From the human T2T-CHM13v2.0 reference genome, Homo sapiens: DNA of 64,000 bases. The notes beneath the pieces are model-generated. The model was not told where the DNA came from. It saw only the letters and a list, made by a program, of their open reading frames with translations, and searched no databases. Location of the stretch: NCBI RefSeq assembly GCF_009914755.1, contig NC_060943.1; one strand, given 5' to 3'. Shown here in pieces: positions 1 to 15,000 of the stretch. Every line of letters begins with the position of its first letter. The stretch's first letter is position 1. Position numbers and translations under genes: made by a program.

Positions 1-3000
1 GTTTATTTTAGATTCTATGAAGAGATGTATGGGAGTACTTTGAGGCCTATGGTGAAGAAGGAAATGTCATCAGAGAAAAACTAGAAAGAAGCTTTCTGAG
101 AAACTACTTTCTGATGTGTGAATTCATCCTGCACAGGTAAATTTTTCTTTTCATTGAGCAGTTTGGAAACACGGTTTTGGTAGAATCTGTGAAGGGATAT
201 TTGGAAGCGCATTGTGGCTTATGGTGAAAAAGGAAATATCTTCATATAAAAACTGGAAAGAAGCTTTCCAGGAAACTGCTTTGTGATGAGTGCATTCAAC
301 TCACAGAGTTCAACATTTATTTTCATTGAGCAATTTGGGAACAGTGTTTTTGTAGAATCTGAGAAGGGATATGTGGAAGTACTTTGAGGCATATGGTGAA
401 AAATGAAATATCTTCAGATAAAATCTAGAAAGAAGCTTTCTCAGAAACTGCTTTGTGATGTGAGAATTCATCCCACAGTGTTAAACCTTTCCTTTGATTA
501 AGCAGTTTGGAAGCCCTGTTTTGGTAGAATCTGCGAAGGGATATTTTGGAGCACTTTCTGGCCTATGGTGAAAAAGGAAATATCTTCAGATAAAAACTAG
601 AAAGACACTTTCAGAGAAACTGCTTTGTGATGTGTACACTCCTCTCACACAGCTAAATCATTCTTTTGATTGAGCAGTTTGGCAACAGTGTTTTTATAGA
701 ATCTGCAAAGGGATATTTGGGAGTGATTTGAGGCCTATGGTAAAAAACAAAATATTTTCACATAAGAACCAGAAGGAATGTTTCTCAGAAACTGCTTTGT
801 GAGGCATGCATTCATGTCACAGAGTTAAACCTTTCTATTAATTGAGCAGTGTAGAAACACTGGTTTTATAGAATCTGTGAAGAGATATTTGGGAGGGCAT
901 TGAGGTCTATGGTGAAAAACGAAGTATCTTCTGAGAAAAATTAGAAAAACGCTTTCTCAGAAACCGCTTTGTGATGTGTGCATTCTTCTAACACAGTTAA
1001 ACTTTCTTTTGATTGAGCAGATTGGAAACTCAGTTTTTGTAGAATGTGAGAATGTATATATGAGAGCACCTTGAGTCCTAGGGTGAAAAATAAACTATCT
1101 TCAGAGTAAAACTAGAGGGAAATTTTCTGACATCCTGCTTTGTGATGTGTGCATTCATCTCACAGAGTTAAAACTTCCTTTTGATTGAGCAGTCTGAAAA
1201 TACTATTTTTGTACAATCTGGGAAGGGCTATTTGGAAGTGCATTGAGACCTATGGTGAAAAAGGAAGTATCTTCAGATAAAAACTAGAAAGAAGCTTTCT
1301 GATAAACTGCTTTGTGAAAAGAAAGCTCAAGCTTTCTTTTGCTTGAGCAGTTTGGAAACAATGTTTTGGCAGGATCTGCAAACAGATATTTGGAATTGCA
1401 TTGTGGGCTATGGTGAAAAAGGAAATATCTTCAGAGAAAAACTGGAAAGAAACTTTCTGGGAAACTGCTTTGTTATGTGTGCATTCATCTCTCTGTGTTA
1501 AAACTTCATTTTTATTGAGCAGCTTTGCAACACTGTTTTTGTAGAATCTGAGAAGGGATATTTTGAGTGCTTTGAGGCCAATGGTGAAAAAGGAAATAAC
1601 TTCAGACAAATACTAGAAAGAAGCTTTCTCGGAAACTGCTGTGTGATGTGTGCATTCTTCTCACAGAGAGCTTAACCTCGCTTTTGATTGAGCAGTTTGG
1701 AAACACAGTTTTTGTAGAATCTGTGAAGAGATATTTGGAAACACCTCAAGGACTATGGTGAAATAGGAAGGAACTTCAGATAAAATTAGGAAGAAGAATT
1801 CTGAGAAACTGCTTTGTGAGGTGTACATTCATCAAATACAGTTAGAACTGTCTTTTGATTGAGCAGATTGTAAACACGGTTTTTATAGAATCTGCAAAGG
1901 TGTGTTTGGGAGTGCATTGAGGCCTATGGTGAAAAAGGAAATATCTTCAGATAAAAACTATACAGAAGCTTTCTGAGAATCTGCTTGATGATGAGTGCAT
2001 TCTTCTTACAGAGTTAAAACTTTCTTTTGATTGAGCAGTTTGACAACACTGTTTTTGTAGAAACTGCAATGGGACATTTGGGAGAGCATTGAGGCTTACG
2101 GTGAAAAAGGAAATATCTTCACATAAATACTAGAAAGAAGAATTCTCTGAAACTGCTTTGTGATGAGTGCATTCTTCTCAGAGATTTAAATTATTGTTTT
2201 GATTGGGCAGTTTGGAAACACTGTTTGGGTACAATCTGAGAAGGGATATTTGGAGGGCACTGAGGCCTATGGTGAAAAAGGAAATATTTTCAGACAAAAA
2301 CTAGAAAGAAGCTTTCTGGGAAACTGCTTTGTGATGTGTGAAGTCTTCTCACAGAGTTTAACTTCACTTTTGATTGAGCAGTTTAGAAACACTATTTTTG
2401 TAGAATCTATGTAAGCATATATGGGAGCACATTGAGGCCTACATTGAAAAAGGAAATATCTTCAGAGAAAAACTGGAAAGAAACATTCTCAGAAACTGCT
2501 TTGTGATGTTGGCAATCATCTCATGGAGTTTAAACATTCTTTTGATTGAGCAGTTGGGAAACAATGTTTTTGTGGAATCTGAGAAGGGTTGTTTGGGAGG
2601 GGATAGAGGTCTGTGGTGAAGAAGGAAATATCTTCAGAAAAAAACTAGAAAGAAGCATTCTGGGAAACTGCTTTGTGATGTCTGCATTCATCTCACAGAA
2701 CTAAACTTTTCTTTTGATTGCACAGTTTGGAAACATTCTTTTGGTAGAATCTGTGAAGGGATATTTGAGAATGCATTGAGGCACACGGTGAAAAAGGAAA
2801 TATCTTCAGATAAAAATTAGGAAGAAGCTTTCTAAGAGACTGCTTTGTGATGAGTGCATTCATCTCACCAGGTTAAACCTTTCTTTAGATTGAGCAGTTT
2901 GGCAACTGTGTTTTTATAGAATCTAAGAAGGGATTTTTGGAATGCTTTGAGGCCTAGGGTGAAAAACAAAACATCTTCAGATAAAAACTAGAAAGAAGCT

Positions 3001-6000
3001 TTCTGGGAAACTGCTTTGTGATGTGTGCATTCATTTCTCTGTGTTAAAACTTTATTTTGATTCAGTAGTTTTGAAACACTGTTTAGGTAGAATCTGCAAA
3101 GGGATATATGGGAGCATATTGAGGTCTATTGTGAAAAAGGAAATACCTTCAGGGAAAAACCAGAAAGAAGCTTTCTGAAAAACGGCTTTGTGATATGTGT
3201 ATTCATCGCACAAAGGTAAAACTTTCTTTTAATTGAGCAGTTTTGAAACACTCTTTTGGAAGTATCTATGAAGGGATATTTGGGAGTGTATTGAGGCCTA
3301 TGGTGAAAAAGTAAATATCTTCGGATAAAAAATAGAAAGAAGCATTCTGAGAAACTGCTTTCTGATGAGTGCATTCATCTCATAGTGATAAAACTTTCAT
3401 TTCATTGAGAAGTTTGGCAACACTGTTTTTGTAGAATCTGCCTAAGGATATTTGGGAGCACTTTGAGGCCTATATTCAAAAATTAAATATCTTCAGAAAA
3501 AACTAGAAAGAAGCTTTCTGAGAAACTTCTTTGTGATGAGTGCCTTCTTCTCACAGAGTTAAACCTTTCTTTTGATGGAGGAGTTTGGAAACACTGTTTT
3601 TGTAGAATCTGCGAAGGGGTATTTTGGAGTGCATTGGGGCTTATGGTGAAAAAGAAATATCTTCAGATAAATACTAGAAAGAAGCTTTCTCGAAACTGTT
3701 TTATGATGTGTGCATTCGACTTACAGTGTTAAAACATTCTGGTGATTGAGCAGTTGGAAAACATTGTTTTGGAAAAATCTGCCAAGGGATATATTTGGGA
3801 GCCCATTGAGGCCTATTGTGAAAAAGGATATATCTTCAGATTAAAACTAGAAATAAGCTTTCTGAGAATCTGTTTTTCTATAAGTGCAATCATCTCACAG
3901 AGTGAAACCTTTCTTTTCTTTGAGTGGTTTGGCAAAAGTGTTTTTGTAGAATCTGAGAAGGGATATTTGAGATCACCTTGAGGCCTATGTTGAAAAAGGA
4001 AATATCATCAGATAAAAAGTAGAAAGAAGCTTTATGGTAAACTGCTTTGTGATGTGTGCGTTTATCTCACAGAGTTAAACTTTTCTTTTCATTGAGCAGT
4101 TTGGAAACACTGTTTTTGTAGAGTCTGTGAAGGGATATTTGGAAGTGCATTTTGGCCTATGGTGAAAAAAGGAAATATCCTCAGATAAAAATAAGAAAGA
4201 AGCTTTCTGGGAAACTACTTTGTGATGAGTGCAATTATCTCACAGAGTTAAACCTTTCTTTTCATTGAGCAGTTTGGGAACAGTGTTTTTGTAGAACCTG
4301 AGAAGGGAAATTTGGGAGCACTTTGAGGCCTATGTGGAAAATGAAATATCTTCAGATAAAATCAAGAAAGAAGCTTTCTGGGAAACTGCTTTGTGATGTG
4401 TGCATTAATCTCACAGAGTTAAACTTTTCTTTTGATTGAGCAGTTTGGAAACATTGTATTGTTAGAATCTGTGAAGGGATATTTTGGAGTGCATTGAGGC
4501 CTATGAGAAAATGAAATATCTTCAGATAAGAACTAGAAAGAGGTTTTCTCAGAAACTGCTTTAGAAAGTGTGCATTCTTTTCACTGAGTTAAACCTTTGT
4601 TGTGATTGAGCAGCCTGAAAACCCTGTTTTTTTGTAGAATCTACTAAGGGATATATGGGAGTGCATTGAGGCTTATGGTGAAAAAGCAAATATCTTCAGA
4701 GAAAAACTAGAAAGAAGCTTTCTGGGAAACTGATTCGTGATGTGTGCATTCATCTCAAAGAGTTAAACCTTTCTTTTGATTTAACAGTTTGACAACAGTG
4801 TTTTTGTAGAATATGAGAAGGGATATTTCGGAGTGCTTTGAGGCCAATGGTGAAAAAGGAAATAACTTCAGATGAAAATGAGAAAGAAACTTTCTGAGAA
4901 ACTGCTTGGAAAGAGTGCATTCATCTCACAGAGTTAAACCCTTCTTTTGATTGAACAGCTTGGCAGCACTGGTTTTATAGAATCTGAGAAAGGATATTTG
5001 GGAGTGCTTTGAGACCTATGGTGAAAAAGGAAATATCTTCAGAAAAAGTAGAAAGAAGCTCTTTTACAAACTGTTTTGTGATAAGTGCATTCATCTCAAA
5101 GAGTTCAAACTTTCTTTTCATTGAGCAGTTTGGGAACGTTGTTTTTGCAGAATCTGCAAAGGGACATTTGGGAGCACATTTAGGCCTGTGGTGAAAGAGG
5201 AAATATCTTCAGATAAATACTAGAAAGAAGCTTTCTCAGAAGTTGTTTTGTGATATGTGCACTCTTCCCACAGAGTTAAATATTTGTTTTGATTTAGCAA
5301 TTTGGAAACACTGTTTTTGTAGAATCTGTTGCGGGATGTATGGGAGTGCATTGAGGCCTATGGTGAAAAAGGAAATATCTTCAGAGCAAAACTACAAAGA
5401 AACTTTCTGAGAAACTGCTTTGTGGTGCATGCTTTCTTCTCACAGAATTTAGACTTTCTTCTGATTGAGCAGCCTGGAAACACTCTTTTTGTAGAATCTT
5501 TGAAGGAATATACGAGAGCGCATTTAGCCCTATGGTGAAAAAGGAAATATCTTCAGATAAAAACTGGAAAGAAGCTTTCTTAGAAACTTCTTTGTGATGT
5601 TTGCATTCTTCTGACAGAGTTAAACCTTTCTTTTGATTTAACAGTCTGGAAACACTGTTTTGGTAGAATCTGTGAAGGGATATTTGGGATCGCTTTGAGG
5701 CCTATGGTGAAAAAGGAAATATCCTCAGAGAAAAACTAGAAAGAAGCTTTCTGGGAAACTGTGATGTGTGCAGTCATCACATAGAGTTAAACATTTCTTT
5801 TGATTGAACAGTTTAGAAAAACTATTTTGGTAGAATCTACAAAGGAATATATGGGAGCACAGTGAGATCTATGGTGAAAAAGGAAATATCTTCAGATGAA
5901 AACTGGAAGAAGCTTTCTGTAAAGTGCTTTCTGATGTGTGCATTCATCACACAGAGTTGAACCTTTCTTTTGATTGAGCAGTTTGGAAACACTGTTCTTG

Positions 6001-9000
6001 TAGAATATGTGAAGGGATATTTTGGAATGCTATGAGGCCTACAGTGAAAAAGGAAATATCTACAGATAAAAAGTAGAAAGAAGCTTATCGAGAAACTGTT
6101 TTGTGATGGGTGCATTCATGTCACAGAATTAAACCTTTCTTTTGACAGAGCAGTCTGGAAACACTGTTTTTGTAGAAACCACAAAGAGATATATGGGAGT
6201 ACTTAGAGGAGAATGGTGAAAAAGGAAATATCTTCAGAAAAAACTAGAAAGAAACTTTCTGAGAAACCACTTTTTTATGAGTATATTCATGTCACAGAGC
6301 TAAACCTTTCTTTTGATTGAGCAGTTTGGAAACACTATTTTTGTAGAAACTGTGAAGGGATACTTGGCAGTGCATGGAGGCCTATGGTGAAAAATGAAAT
6401 ATCATCAGATAAACACTAGAAAGAAGCTTTCTCAGAAACCGTTTTGTGATGTGTGCACTCTTTTCACGGAGCTAAACTTTCCTTTTGATTGAGCAGTATG
6501 GAAACACTGTTTTTCTAAAATATGCAAAGGGATATTTGGGAGCACATTGTGGCCTAAGATGAAAAAGGAAACACCTTCAGAAAAAACATTGAAAGAAGTT
6601 TTCTCAGAAACTGCTTTGTGATGTGTGCATTCTCCTCACAGAGTTAAAACTTGCTTTTACTGAGCAGTTTGGAAACATTGTTTTGATAGAATCTGTGAAG
6701 GGACACTTTGAAGTACATTGTGGCCTATCGTGAAAAAGGAAATATCTTCAGATAAAAAGTAGAAAGAAACCTTCTAGGAAATTGCTTTATGATGGGTGCA
6801 TTCATCTCACAGAGTTAAACCTTTCTTTTCACTGAGCAGTTTGGGTACCGTATTTTTGTAGTATCTGGAAAGGGATATTTGCGAGTGCTTTGAGGCCTAT
6901 GGTGAAAAATGAAATATCTTCAGATAAAATCTAGAAAGAAACCTTCTGGGAAACTGCTTCATGAAAAGTGCATTCATCCAATAGAGTTAAACCTTTCTTT
7001 TGATTGAGGAGTTTGGAAACACTGCTTTGGTAGAATCTGCAAAGGGATATTTGGGAGTGCATTTAGGCCTATGGTGTAAAAGAAAATATCTTCAGACAAA
7101 AACCAGGAAGAAGCATTCTCAGAAACAGCTTTGAGATGTTTTCATTCTTCTCACAGAGTTAAACCCTTCTTATTATTGAGCTGTTTGCAAACACTGTTTT
7201 TGCAGAATCTCAGAAGGGTTATTTAGAAATGCTTTGAGGCCTATGGTGGAAAAGGAAATATCTGCAGAAAAAAACTAAAAAGAAGCTTTCTCAGAAACCG
7301 CTTTGTGTTGTGTGCATTCTTCTAACAGAGTTAAAGCTTTCTTACGATTGAACAGTTTGGAAACACTGTTTTTGTAGAATCTCTGAAGGGATACATATGG
7401 GAGTGCATTGAGGTCTATTGTGAAAACAGAAATATCTTCAAGGAAAACTAGGAAGAAGCTTTCTGAACAACTGTTTGTGATGTATGCATTCATCTCTCAA
7501 AGTTAAACCTTTCTTTTGATTGAAAAGTTTGGAGACACTGTTTTGGTAGAATCTACGAAGGGATCTTTGGGAGTTTCTCAGAAACAAAAAAGAAGGTTTC
7601 TGAGAAACTGCTTTGTGGTGACTGCATTAATCTCACAGGGTTAAACCTTGCTTTTGATTGATCAGCTTGGCAATGGTGTTTTTGTAGAATCTGTGAAGGG
7701 ATATATGGGATCACTTTGAGAGACCTGTGGTGAAAAATGAAATATCTGCAGATAAAAACTAGAAAGAAGCTTTCTGGGAAATTGCTTTTTGATGTGTGCA
7801 TTCTTCTCACAGAGTTAAAACTTCCTTTTGCTTGAGCAGTTTTGTAACACTGTTTATGTGAAATCTGCAAAGGGAAATTTGGGAGTGCATTGAGGCTTAT
7901 TTTGAAAAAGGAAATACCTTCAGATAAACACTAGAAAGAAGCTTTCTCAGAAACCACTTTGTGATGTGTGCATTCTTCTCAGAGTTATACCTTTCTTTTG
8001 ATTGAGCCGTTTTGAAACACTGTTTATGTGAAATCTGCAAACGGAAATTTGGGAGAGCATTGAGGCTTATTTCGGAAAAGGAAATATCTTCAGATAAATA
8101 CTAGAAAGAAGTGTTCTCAGAAGCTGCATGGCAATGTGTGCATTCTTATCAGAGCATTAAACCTTTCTTTTGATTGAGCAGTTTGGAAACACTTTTTTTG
8201 TAGAATCTGCGAAGGGATATTTGGCAGTCCATTGAGGACTAAGGTGAAAAAGGAAGTATCTTCAGATAAAAACTAAAAAGAAGCTTTCTGAGAAGCTGCT
8301 GTGTGATGAGTGTATTCATCTCACAGATTTTTACCTTTCTTTTGACTGAGCAGTTTGGAGACCCTGTTTTTGTAAAATCTACAAAGGGCTATATGAGGCT
8401 GCATTGAGGCTTATTGTGTAAAAGGAAACATCTTCAGATAAAAACTAGAAAGGAGCATTTTGGGAAACAATTTTGTGATGTGTGCATTCATCTGACAGAG
8501 TTGAAACTTTCTTTTGATTGAACAGTTTTGAAACACTCTTTTTGTAGAATCTGCAAGTGGATATTTGGAGCGCTTTGCAGCCTATGGTGGAAAAGCAAAT
8601 ATCTTCACATAAAAAGTAGACAGAAGCATTCTGAGAAACTTCTTTTTGATGTGTTCATTCTTCTCACAGAGTTAAACCTTTCTTTGGATTGAGCAGTCTG
8701 GAAACACTGTTTTTAAAGAATCTATGAAGTGATATATGGGAGCACATTGAGGCCTAGGGTGAAAAAAGGAATATATTCAGAGAAAAATTAGGCAGAATTA
8801 TTCTGAAAAACTGCTTTGTGATATGTACATTCTTCTCAAAGAGATAAACCTTTCTTTTTTTGAGCAGTCTGGAAACACTGTTTTTGTAGAATCTGTGAAG
8901 GGATATTTAGGATCACATTGAGGCCTATGCTGACAAAGGAAATAGCCTCAGATAAAAATAGAAAGTAGCCCTCTCAGAAACCGGTTAGTGACGTTTTGCA

Positions 9001-12000
9001 TTCCTCTCACAGAGTTAAACCTTCTTTTTTATTGAGCAGTTTGGAAACAGAGTTTTTGTAGAATATGCCAAGAGATATTTGGGAGAGCATTGAAGCCTAT
9101 GGTGACAAGGGAAATATCTTCAGATAAAAACTAGAAAGACAGTTTCTGAGAAACTGCTCTGTGATCTGTGCATTTTTCTCATAGAGTTAAACTTTCTTTA
9201 GATTGAGCAGTCTGGAAACACTGTTTTTGTAGAATATGTGAAAGGATATATGGGTGTGCATTGAGGCCTATGGTGAAAAAGGGAATACCTTCAGAGAAAA
9301 ACTATAGAGAAGCTTTCTGAGAAACAGCTTTGTCATGTGTGCACTCATCTCACAGAGTTAAATCTTTCTTTTAATTGAGCAGTTTGGAAACCCTGTTTTG
9401 GTAGAAACTGCGAAAGGATATTTGGGAGTGCATTGAGGCCTGTGGTGAAAAAGGAAATATCTTCAGATAAAAACTACAAAGAAGCTTCCTCAGAAACTGC
9501 TTTCTGATGTGCTGATTCCTCTAACAGAGTTAAACCTTCCTTTTGAGTGAGCAGTCCGGAAACACTGTTTAATAGAATCTATGAAGTGATATATAGGAGC
9601 ACATTGAGGCCTATGGTGAATAAGAAAATATCTTCAGAGAAAAACTAGAAAGAAGCTTTCTGAGAAACTGTTTTGTGATGAGGGCATTCGTCTCACAGAG
9701 GTAAACATTTCTTTTCATTCAGAAATTTGGAAACGATGTTTCTGTAGAATCTGCCAAGGGATATTTGGGAGTGGAGTGAGGCCTATGGTGAAAAAAGAAA
9801 TATATTCAGATAAATACTAGAAGGATGGTTTCTGAGATACTGCTTTGTGATGCGTGCATTCTTCTCACAGAGTTAAAAATTTCTTTAGATTGAGCAGTCT
9901 GGAAAAACTGTTTTTGTAGAATCTACAAGGGGATATATGGGAACACAGAGTGGCATGTGCTGAACAAGGAAATATCTTCAGAAAAAAAGTAGAAAGAAGC
10001 TTTCTCAGAAACTGCTTTGTGATGGTTGCATTAATCTCACAGAGTTAAACATTTCCTTTGATTGCACAGCTTTGAAACACTGTTTTGGAAGTATCTGTGA
10101 AGGGATATTTGAGAGCATATGGAGGCCAATGGTGAAAAAAGAATTATCTTCAGATCAGTACTAGACAGAAGCTTTCTCAGAAACCACTTTGTGACGAGTA
10201 ATCATCTCACAGATTTAAACCTTCCTTTTGATTGAGCAGTTTGGAAAAACTGTTTTGGTAGAATCTGCAAAGGAATATTTGGGAGCGCTTTGAAGGCTAT
10301 GGTGAAAAAGGCAATAACTTCATTTAAAAACTATAAAGAAGCTTTCTCAGAAACTGCTTTGTGATGGTTGCATTCATCTCACAGAGTTAAACCTTTCCTT
10401 TGATTGTGCAGTTTGGAAACACTGTTTTAGTGGCATCTGAGAAAGGATATTTGGGAGCTCTTTGAGGCCTATGCAGAGAAAGGAAATATCATCAGGTAAA
10501 AACTAGAAAGAAGCTTTCTGACAAACTGCTTCATGATGAGTGCATTCATCTCACAGAGTTAAACCTTTCATTTCATTGAGCAGTTTGGCAACATTGTTTT
10601 TTTGGAATCTGAGAGGATATATTTTGTAGTGCTTTAAGGCCTAGGGTGAAAAAGGAAATATCTTCAGATAAAAACTGGAAAGATGCTTTCTGGGAAACTG
10701 CTTTGTGATGTGTGCATTCATCTCACAGAGTTAAACCTTCCTTTTGATTGTGCAGTTTGGAAGCACTGTTGTGGTAGAATCTGCAAAGGGATATTTGGGA
10801 GCACATTCTTTGGTGAAAAATGAAACATCTTCATAGAAAAACTAGAAAGAAGCTTTCTGAGAAACCACTTGCTGGTGTGTGTATTTATTGCACAGAGTTA
10901 AACTTTTCTTTTCACTGAGTCATTTGGGAACAGTGTTTTTTTCAAACCTGAGAAGAGATATTTGGGAGCATTTTGAGGCCTATGATGAAAAAGGAAATTT
11001 CTTCAGATAATAACAACAAAGAAGCTTTCTCAGAAACCATTTTGGTTTTTCTCATTCTTCTCACAGAGTAAAATCTTTCTTCTGATGAGCAGTCTGGAAA
11101 CATTTTTTTTGTAGAATCTATGAAGGGATATATGGGAGCGCATTGTCGGCTACGGTGAAAAAGGAAATATTTTCAGAGAAAATTTACAAACAAGCTTTCT
11201 GGGAAATTACTTTGATGTGTGCATTCATCACACAGAGTTAAACTTTATTTTGACTGTGTCCTTTGGAAAAACTGTCTTTGTAGAATCCGTGAAGGTATAT
11301 TTGGGAGCACTTTGAGGCCTAAGGTGAAAAAGGAAATATTTTCAGATAGAAGCTAGAAAGAAGCTTTCTGAGAAACTGCTATGTGATGTGTGCAATCATC
11401 TCACAGAGTTGAACCTTTCTTTAGTTTGAACGGTTTGGAAAATCTGTTCTGGAAGAATCTGCAAAGGGATAATTGGGAGCACTTTCAGGGCTATGACCAA
11501 AAAGGCAATAACTTCAGATAAAAACTAGAAAGAAGCTTTCTCAGAAACCGCTTTGTGATGGTTGCATTCATCTCAAAAGGATAAACCTTTCCTTTGATTT
11601 CGCGGTTTGGAAACACTGTTTTGGAAGTATCTGCGAAGGGATATTTGGGAGCGCATTGAAGGCAATGGTGAAAAAGGAAACATCTTCAGATCAAAATTAA
11701 AAAGAAGCTTTCTCAGAACTACTTTGTGATGTGTGTGTTCTTCTCACAGAGTTAAATCATTCTTTGGATTAAGCGCTTTTGAAATGCTGTTTTGGTAGCA
11801 TCTGCAAAGGGACATTTGGGAGCTCTTTGAAGCCTATGTTGAAAAAGGAAATATCTGCAGATAAAAAGTAGAAAGAAGCTTTCTGAGAAACTGCTTTGGA
11901 ATGAGTTCATTCGTCTCACAGTGTTAAACCTTTCTTTTCATTGAGCAGTTTGGAAACACAGTTGTACAATCTGAGAAGGGATATTTGGGAGCGATTTGAA

Positions 12001-15000
12001 GTCTATGGTGAAAAACGGAATATCTTCAGATAAAAACTAGAAAGAAGCTTTCTGGGTAACTGCCTTGTGATGTGTGCATTCATCTCACAGAGTTAAACCT
12101 TTCTTTTGATTGAGCAGTTTGGAAACACTCTTTTGTTAGAATCTGCGGGGAGATATTTGGGAGCACATTGATGTCTCTGGTGAAAAAGGAAATAGCTTCA
12201 GAGAAGAACTAGAAAAAATCTTCCTGAGAAACTGCTTTGTGATGTGTGCATTCATCTTACAGAGTTAAACTCTTCATTTTATTGAGCAGTTTGGGAACAG
12301 TGTTTTTGTAGAATCTGAGAAGAGATATTTGGGAGTGCTTTTAGGCCTATGGTGAAAAACGAAATATGTTCAGGTAAAAACTAGAAGGAAGCTTTCCGGG
12401 AAACAGCTTTGTGATGTGTGCATTCATCTCACAGAGGTAAACTTTTATTTTGATTGAGCAGTTTGGAAACACTGTTTTTGTAGAATCTGGAAAGCGATAT
12501 TTTGGAGCGCTTTTAGGCCTATGGTGAAAAAGGAAACATCTTCAGATAAAAACTTGAAAGAAGCTTTCTGAGAAACAGCTTTGTGATGATTGCATTCATC
12601 TCACAGGATTAAACCTTTCTTTCATTTGAACAGTTTGGAAACACTGTTTTTATAGAATCTGTGAAGGGATATTTGGGAGCACATTGAGGCCTATGGTGAA
12701 AAAGGAAATATCTTCAGATGAAAACTTGAAAGAAGCTTTCTGAGAAACAACTTTGTGATGAGTGCATTCATCTCACAGAACTAAACCTTACTTTTGATTG
12801 AGCAATTTGGAAACGTGGTTTTTCTAGAGTCTGCAAAGGAATAGTTGGAACGTGTTGAGGCCTAAGTTGGAAAAGGAGATATCTTCAGATGAAAACTAGA
12901 AAGAAGCTTTCTGAGAAACTTCTTTTTGATGTGTACATTCTTCTAACAGAAGTACATCTTTCTATTGAATGAGCAGTTTGGTAACACTGTTTTTTCAGAA
13001 TCTGTGAAGGTATGTTTAGGAACGCATTGAGGCCTAGGGTAGTAAAGGAAATATCCTCAGAAAAAAATGAGAAAGATTTATGAGAAATAGCATTGTGATG
13101 TGTGCATTCATCCCACAGAGTTAAACCTTTCTTTTGATTCAGCAGTTTGGAAACACTTTATGTGTAGAATCTGCAATTGGATCTTTGGGAACCCATTGAG
13201 GCATTTGGTGAAAAAGGAAATATCTTGAGATAAATACTAGGAAGAAGCCTTCTCAGAAACTGCCTTGTGATTTGTGCATTCTTCTCACAGATTTAAACGT
13301 TTATTTTGATTGAGCAGTCTGGAAACACTGTTTGCGTGCAATCAATGAAGGGATATTTGGGAGTGCATTGAGGCCTATGGTGAAAAAGGAAATATCTTCA
13401 GATAAATACTAGAAAGAAACTTTCTCAGAAACCACCTTGCAATGTGAGAATTCTTCTTACAGAGTGAAAGCTTTTTTTTTGATTGAGCACTCTGGTAACA
13501 CTGTTTTTGTAGAACATGTGAAGGGATATTTGGGAATACATTGAGGCCTATCGTGAAAAAGGAAATATCTTCAGATCAAAACTAGAAAGAAGCTTTCTGA
13601 GAAACTGCTTTTGATGAGTGCATTCATCTCACAGAAGTACACCTTTCTTTTGATTGAAGTTTGGCAACAGTATTTTTGTAGAAACTGAGAAGGGATATTT
13701 GGTAGCACATTGAGGCCTATGGTGAAAAACGAAACATCTTCAGATATAAACTAGAAAGAAGCTTTCTGAGAAACTGCTTTGTGATGACTGCATTCATCTC
13801 ACAAGGTTAAACCTTTCTTTTGATTGAGCAGTTTGGAAACAAAGTTTTTGCAGAATCTGTAAAGGGATATTTAGGAGCACATTGAGGCCTATGGTGAAAA
13901 AGGAAATAACTTCAGATGAAAACTAGAAAGAAGCTTTATTAGAAACTGGTTTGTGATGTGTGCATCCATGTCACAGAGTTAAAATTTTGTTTTGATTGAG
14001 CAGTTTGGAAATAATGTTTCGGTAGAATCTGAGAAGGGATATTTGGGAGCATATTGAGGCATTTGTTGAGAGAGGAAATATCTTCAGATAAAATCTAGAA
14101 AGAAGCATTCTGAGAAACTGCTTTGTGGTGTGTGCATTCATCTCACAGAGTTAAACTTTTTTTTTTGATTGGGCAGTTTGCAAACACTGTTTTTGTAGAA
14201 TCTGCAATGCAATATTTTGGAGTGCTTTTAGGGGTATGGTGAAAAAGGAATATCTTCAGATAAAAACTAGAAAGAAACTTTCTGAGAAACAGCTTTGGGA
14301 TGAGTGCATTCATCTCACAGAGTTAAACCTTTCTTTTGATCAAGCAGTTTGGAAACACTGTTTTTATAGAATCTGCAAAGGGATATTTGGGAATGCATTG
14401 AGGCCTGTGGTGAGAAAGGAAATAGCTTCAGATGAAAACTAGAAAGAAGATTTATGAGAAACTGCTTTGTGAAGAGTGCATTCATCTCACAGACTTAAAC
14501 CTTTTTTTGATTGAGGAGTTTGGAAACGGAGTTTTTGTAGAATCTATGGAGGGATATTTGGGAATGAATTGAGGTCTATGGTGAAAAAGGAAATACCTTC
14601 ACATATAAACTAGAGAGAAGCTTTCTGAGAAACTGCTTTGTGAAGTGTGCATTCATCTCACAGAGGTAAACGTTTCTTTTCATTGAGCAGTTTGGAAACT
14701 CTGTTCTTCTAGAATCTGCAAAGGGATATTTATGAGCTTTTTGAGGCCTAAGTTGGGAAAGCAGATACTTCAGATGAAAACTAGAAAGAAACTTTCTGAG
14801 AAACTGCTTTTTGATGTGTGCATTCTTCTAAGAGAATTAAACCTTTGTATTGAATGAGCAGTTTGGCAACACTGTTTTTGCAGAATCTGTGAAGATATAT
14901 TTAGGAACACATTGAGGGCTATAGTGAAAAAGGAAATATCTTCAGAAAAAAATGAGAAAGATTTCTTAGAAATAGCATTGTGATGTGTGCATTCATTCAA

